From Negaprion brevirostris (taxonomy: Eukaryota): a DNA stretch of 64,000 nt. The translations under genes were made by a program, and so were the position numbers. The notes beneath the pieces are model-generated. The model saw nothing but the letters and a program-made list of their open reading frames with translations. It was not told the origin of the DNA and made no database searches. Positions within the stretch are counted from its first letter, which is position 1; every line of letters begins with the position of its first letter. Positions 62,321 to 64,000 of this stretch are shown one piece after another. The DNA lies in assembly GCA_030324005.1 (NCBI GenBank), contig JARDVH010000001.1, positions 66,166,622 to 66,230,621 of the forward strand, read 5' to 3'.

Positions 62321-64000
62321 AGGAATTGGGCTGAGAAAGGAAAAAAGTGAAGGAAGAGAATGTAGGGACACCTTTGCTAGGATAGGCTGTGCAGGAGTGC
62401 CTCCTCAGATTCTATTTCCAATAGGACACATCTCCTGGCTCCACTGATTCACACCTAACCATCCATCTTGGATGTCCCAGTAAACTGTTCTCTTGGTCAT
62501 GATCTTGCAACAAAAGCCACAAAAAATAATTTTCCCAATACATCTTTATTCAAAAGCAAATCCACTTCTACAAATGGAAATGAATTATCCACCATTGTTT
62601 ATTCCCTTAGTCTCTGTCTTGCAAATGCCTTTACCTGGCCTCATGCTCCCATCAGCGCTCCTCCAATGGCTACAATAAGGCTGGTGGAAGGATGCTGATT
62701 TTCACTGGGGTGGAGTGGGGACGAAGAAGTTACAGTCTGGACCTCAAGAGCTTGTCTTCAGTCTNNNNNNNNNNAGCAATCTGAACTTGCTGGCTGAAAG
62801 GCAATAGTATCAACAGTAAGGGAATTGGCAGAGTGGCAGTGTTAGAAAGATGAATGCTATCATCCTGAAAGAGGACAGCAGGTTCATGGAGCCACTTCCA
62901 CAACCTTGGAGCAATTTTAATAATCTGTTGGAGTATAGATTGCTGAAGAGATGTGAGAGCCTTTGATGCCCCTTTAAGCACTCACACAGCACAATGAGTT
63001 TGCCTGGCACCAGGCATGGATCTAACAACCTCAGTCTGAACTTCCACTGTAGCATTCAGACACTGAGTAGCTGCTGCCTGTGTTGCAATCAAAGCTCCAT
63101 ATACTGTACTGGGCCCACAAGTGCCACTATATGTTGGCCACTACAGCCATGATAGAATGGATGGAAATCAAACCGGGTGGTTGGAAATGAAATACATGCA
63201 GCAATGCACACTTCTTGAACTCACTTTTGAACATGCACCCAGCCAGCAGTATGGACGGCACAGAGCTGAATACTAAAATCATTGAATTGAGATCTGCCTC
63301 AACAGGATTGATGTCTGTGTCAATATGCACGATCTTCTTGGAGATCCTCTCCACTTGGAGCCAGTGTCGAGGAGGTGCCGGCATGGGATTAGGGTGAACA
63401 CGGTCCAATGCCAGCATTTCCTCAACAGGATTGGCCATGGGGCAATTGCAAATAACTAACCACATGTTTGAAAAATTAGAAGATTCCTCTTCTAAGCAAA
63501 AAAAAGTGAAAGGAAATTAGCCCAAAATTTGAATATGTGATTATTAAATGATGCAGTTCAGTTTCACACTCTTTATTTAAAACAAAATATGAACATTTTT
63601 ACAAGAAAATTATACACTCTTACATAACATTACACCAAGCACAGTGTTCACTCTTCAAATGGAACTCTGCCCCAATTTTCTGGTCTCTTCTCTGTTCATG
63701 CTCAATTCTCGACCTCTTCAATACATATCTTATTCCCATTGAACCAATGCTATAGCCTCTACCTCAGCATTCGATGTCCTAATTACCTCTGTTGTGAAAA
63801 CGGTTTTTCCATTTTCGCTTCATTATTCCCATGATGATATTAAATCTGTGGCATTGTGAATGCAAGATTTTATAGGGTAGTTGTGTTTCCAAATTTCTCC
63901 TTTAATTTAAGGTGAAATAAAATGCCCCGAGAAGGGCTTGCTAATTATAGTAAATCTGCCTGGAGACAGGCTCATATGATCTGTAACCCTCCTTAACAAC

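Overview
Eukaryotic, repeat-rich, apparently non-coding (intronic or intergenic) DNA from a gapped draft assembly with many N-runs. The repeats point to a cartilaginous fish, probably a shark: HE1/V-SINEs, CR1/HER1-type LINEs, Deu-domain SacSINE1-like SINEs, Rex1/Babar LINE ends, Penelope-like tails and decayed Harbinger transposons. Every ORF with recognisable homology comes from a transposon. I found no host protein-coding gene, rRNA, tRNA or CRISPR array that I can call with confidence. Main structural observations: (1) an internally deleted two-LTR Gypsy element nested in a CR1 LINE, itself carrying a SINE and a MITE (16798-20528); (2) two solo LTRs with exact 4-bp TSDs and a third candidate; (3) a decayed Gypsy gag-protease region; (4) five dispersed minimal hammerhead-ribozyme motifs in Penelope-like tails, two with an intact core; (5) several repeat-free, enhancer-like blocks; (6) a speculative phase-compatible minus-strand exon chain. 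Family names are from motif recognition, not database searches, and repeat boundaries are approximate unless TSDs are quoted.
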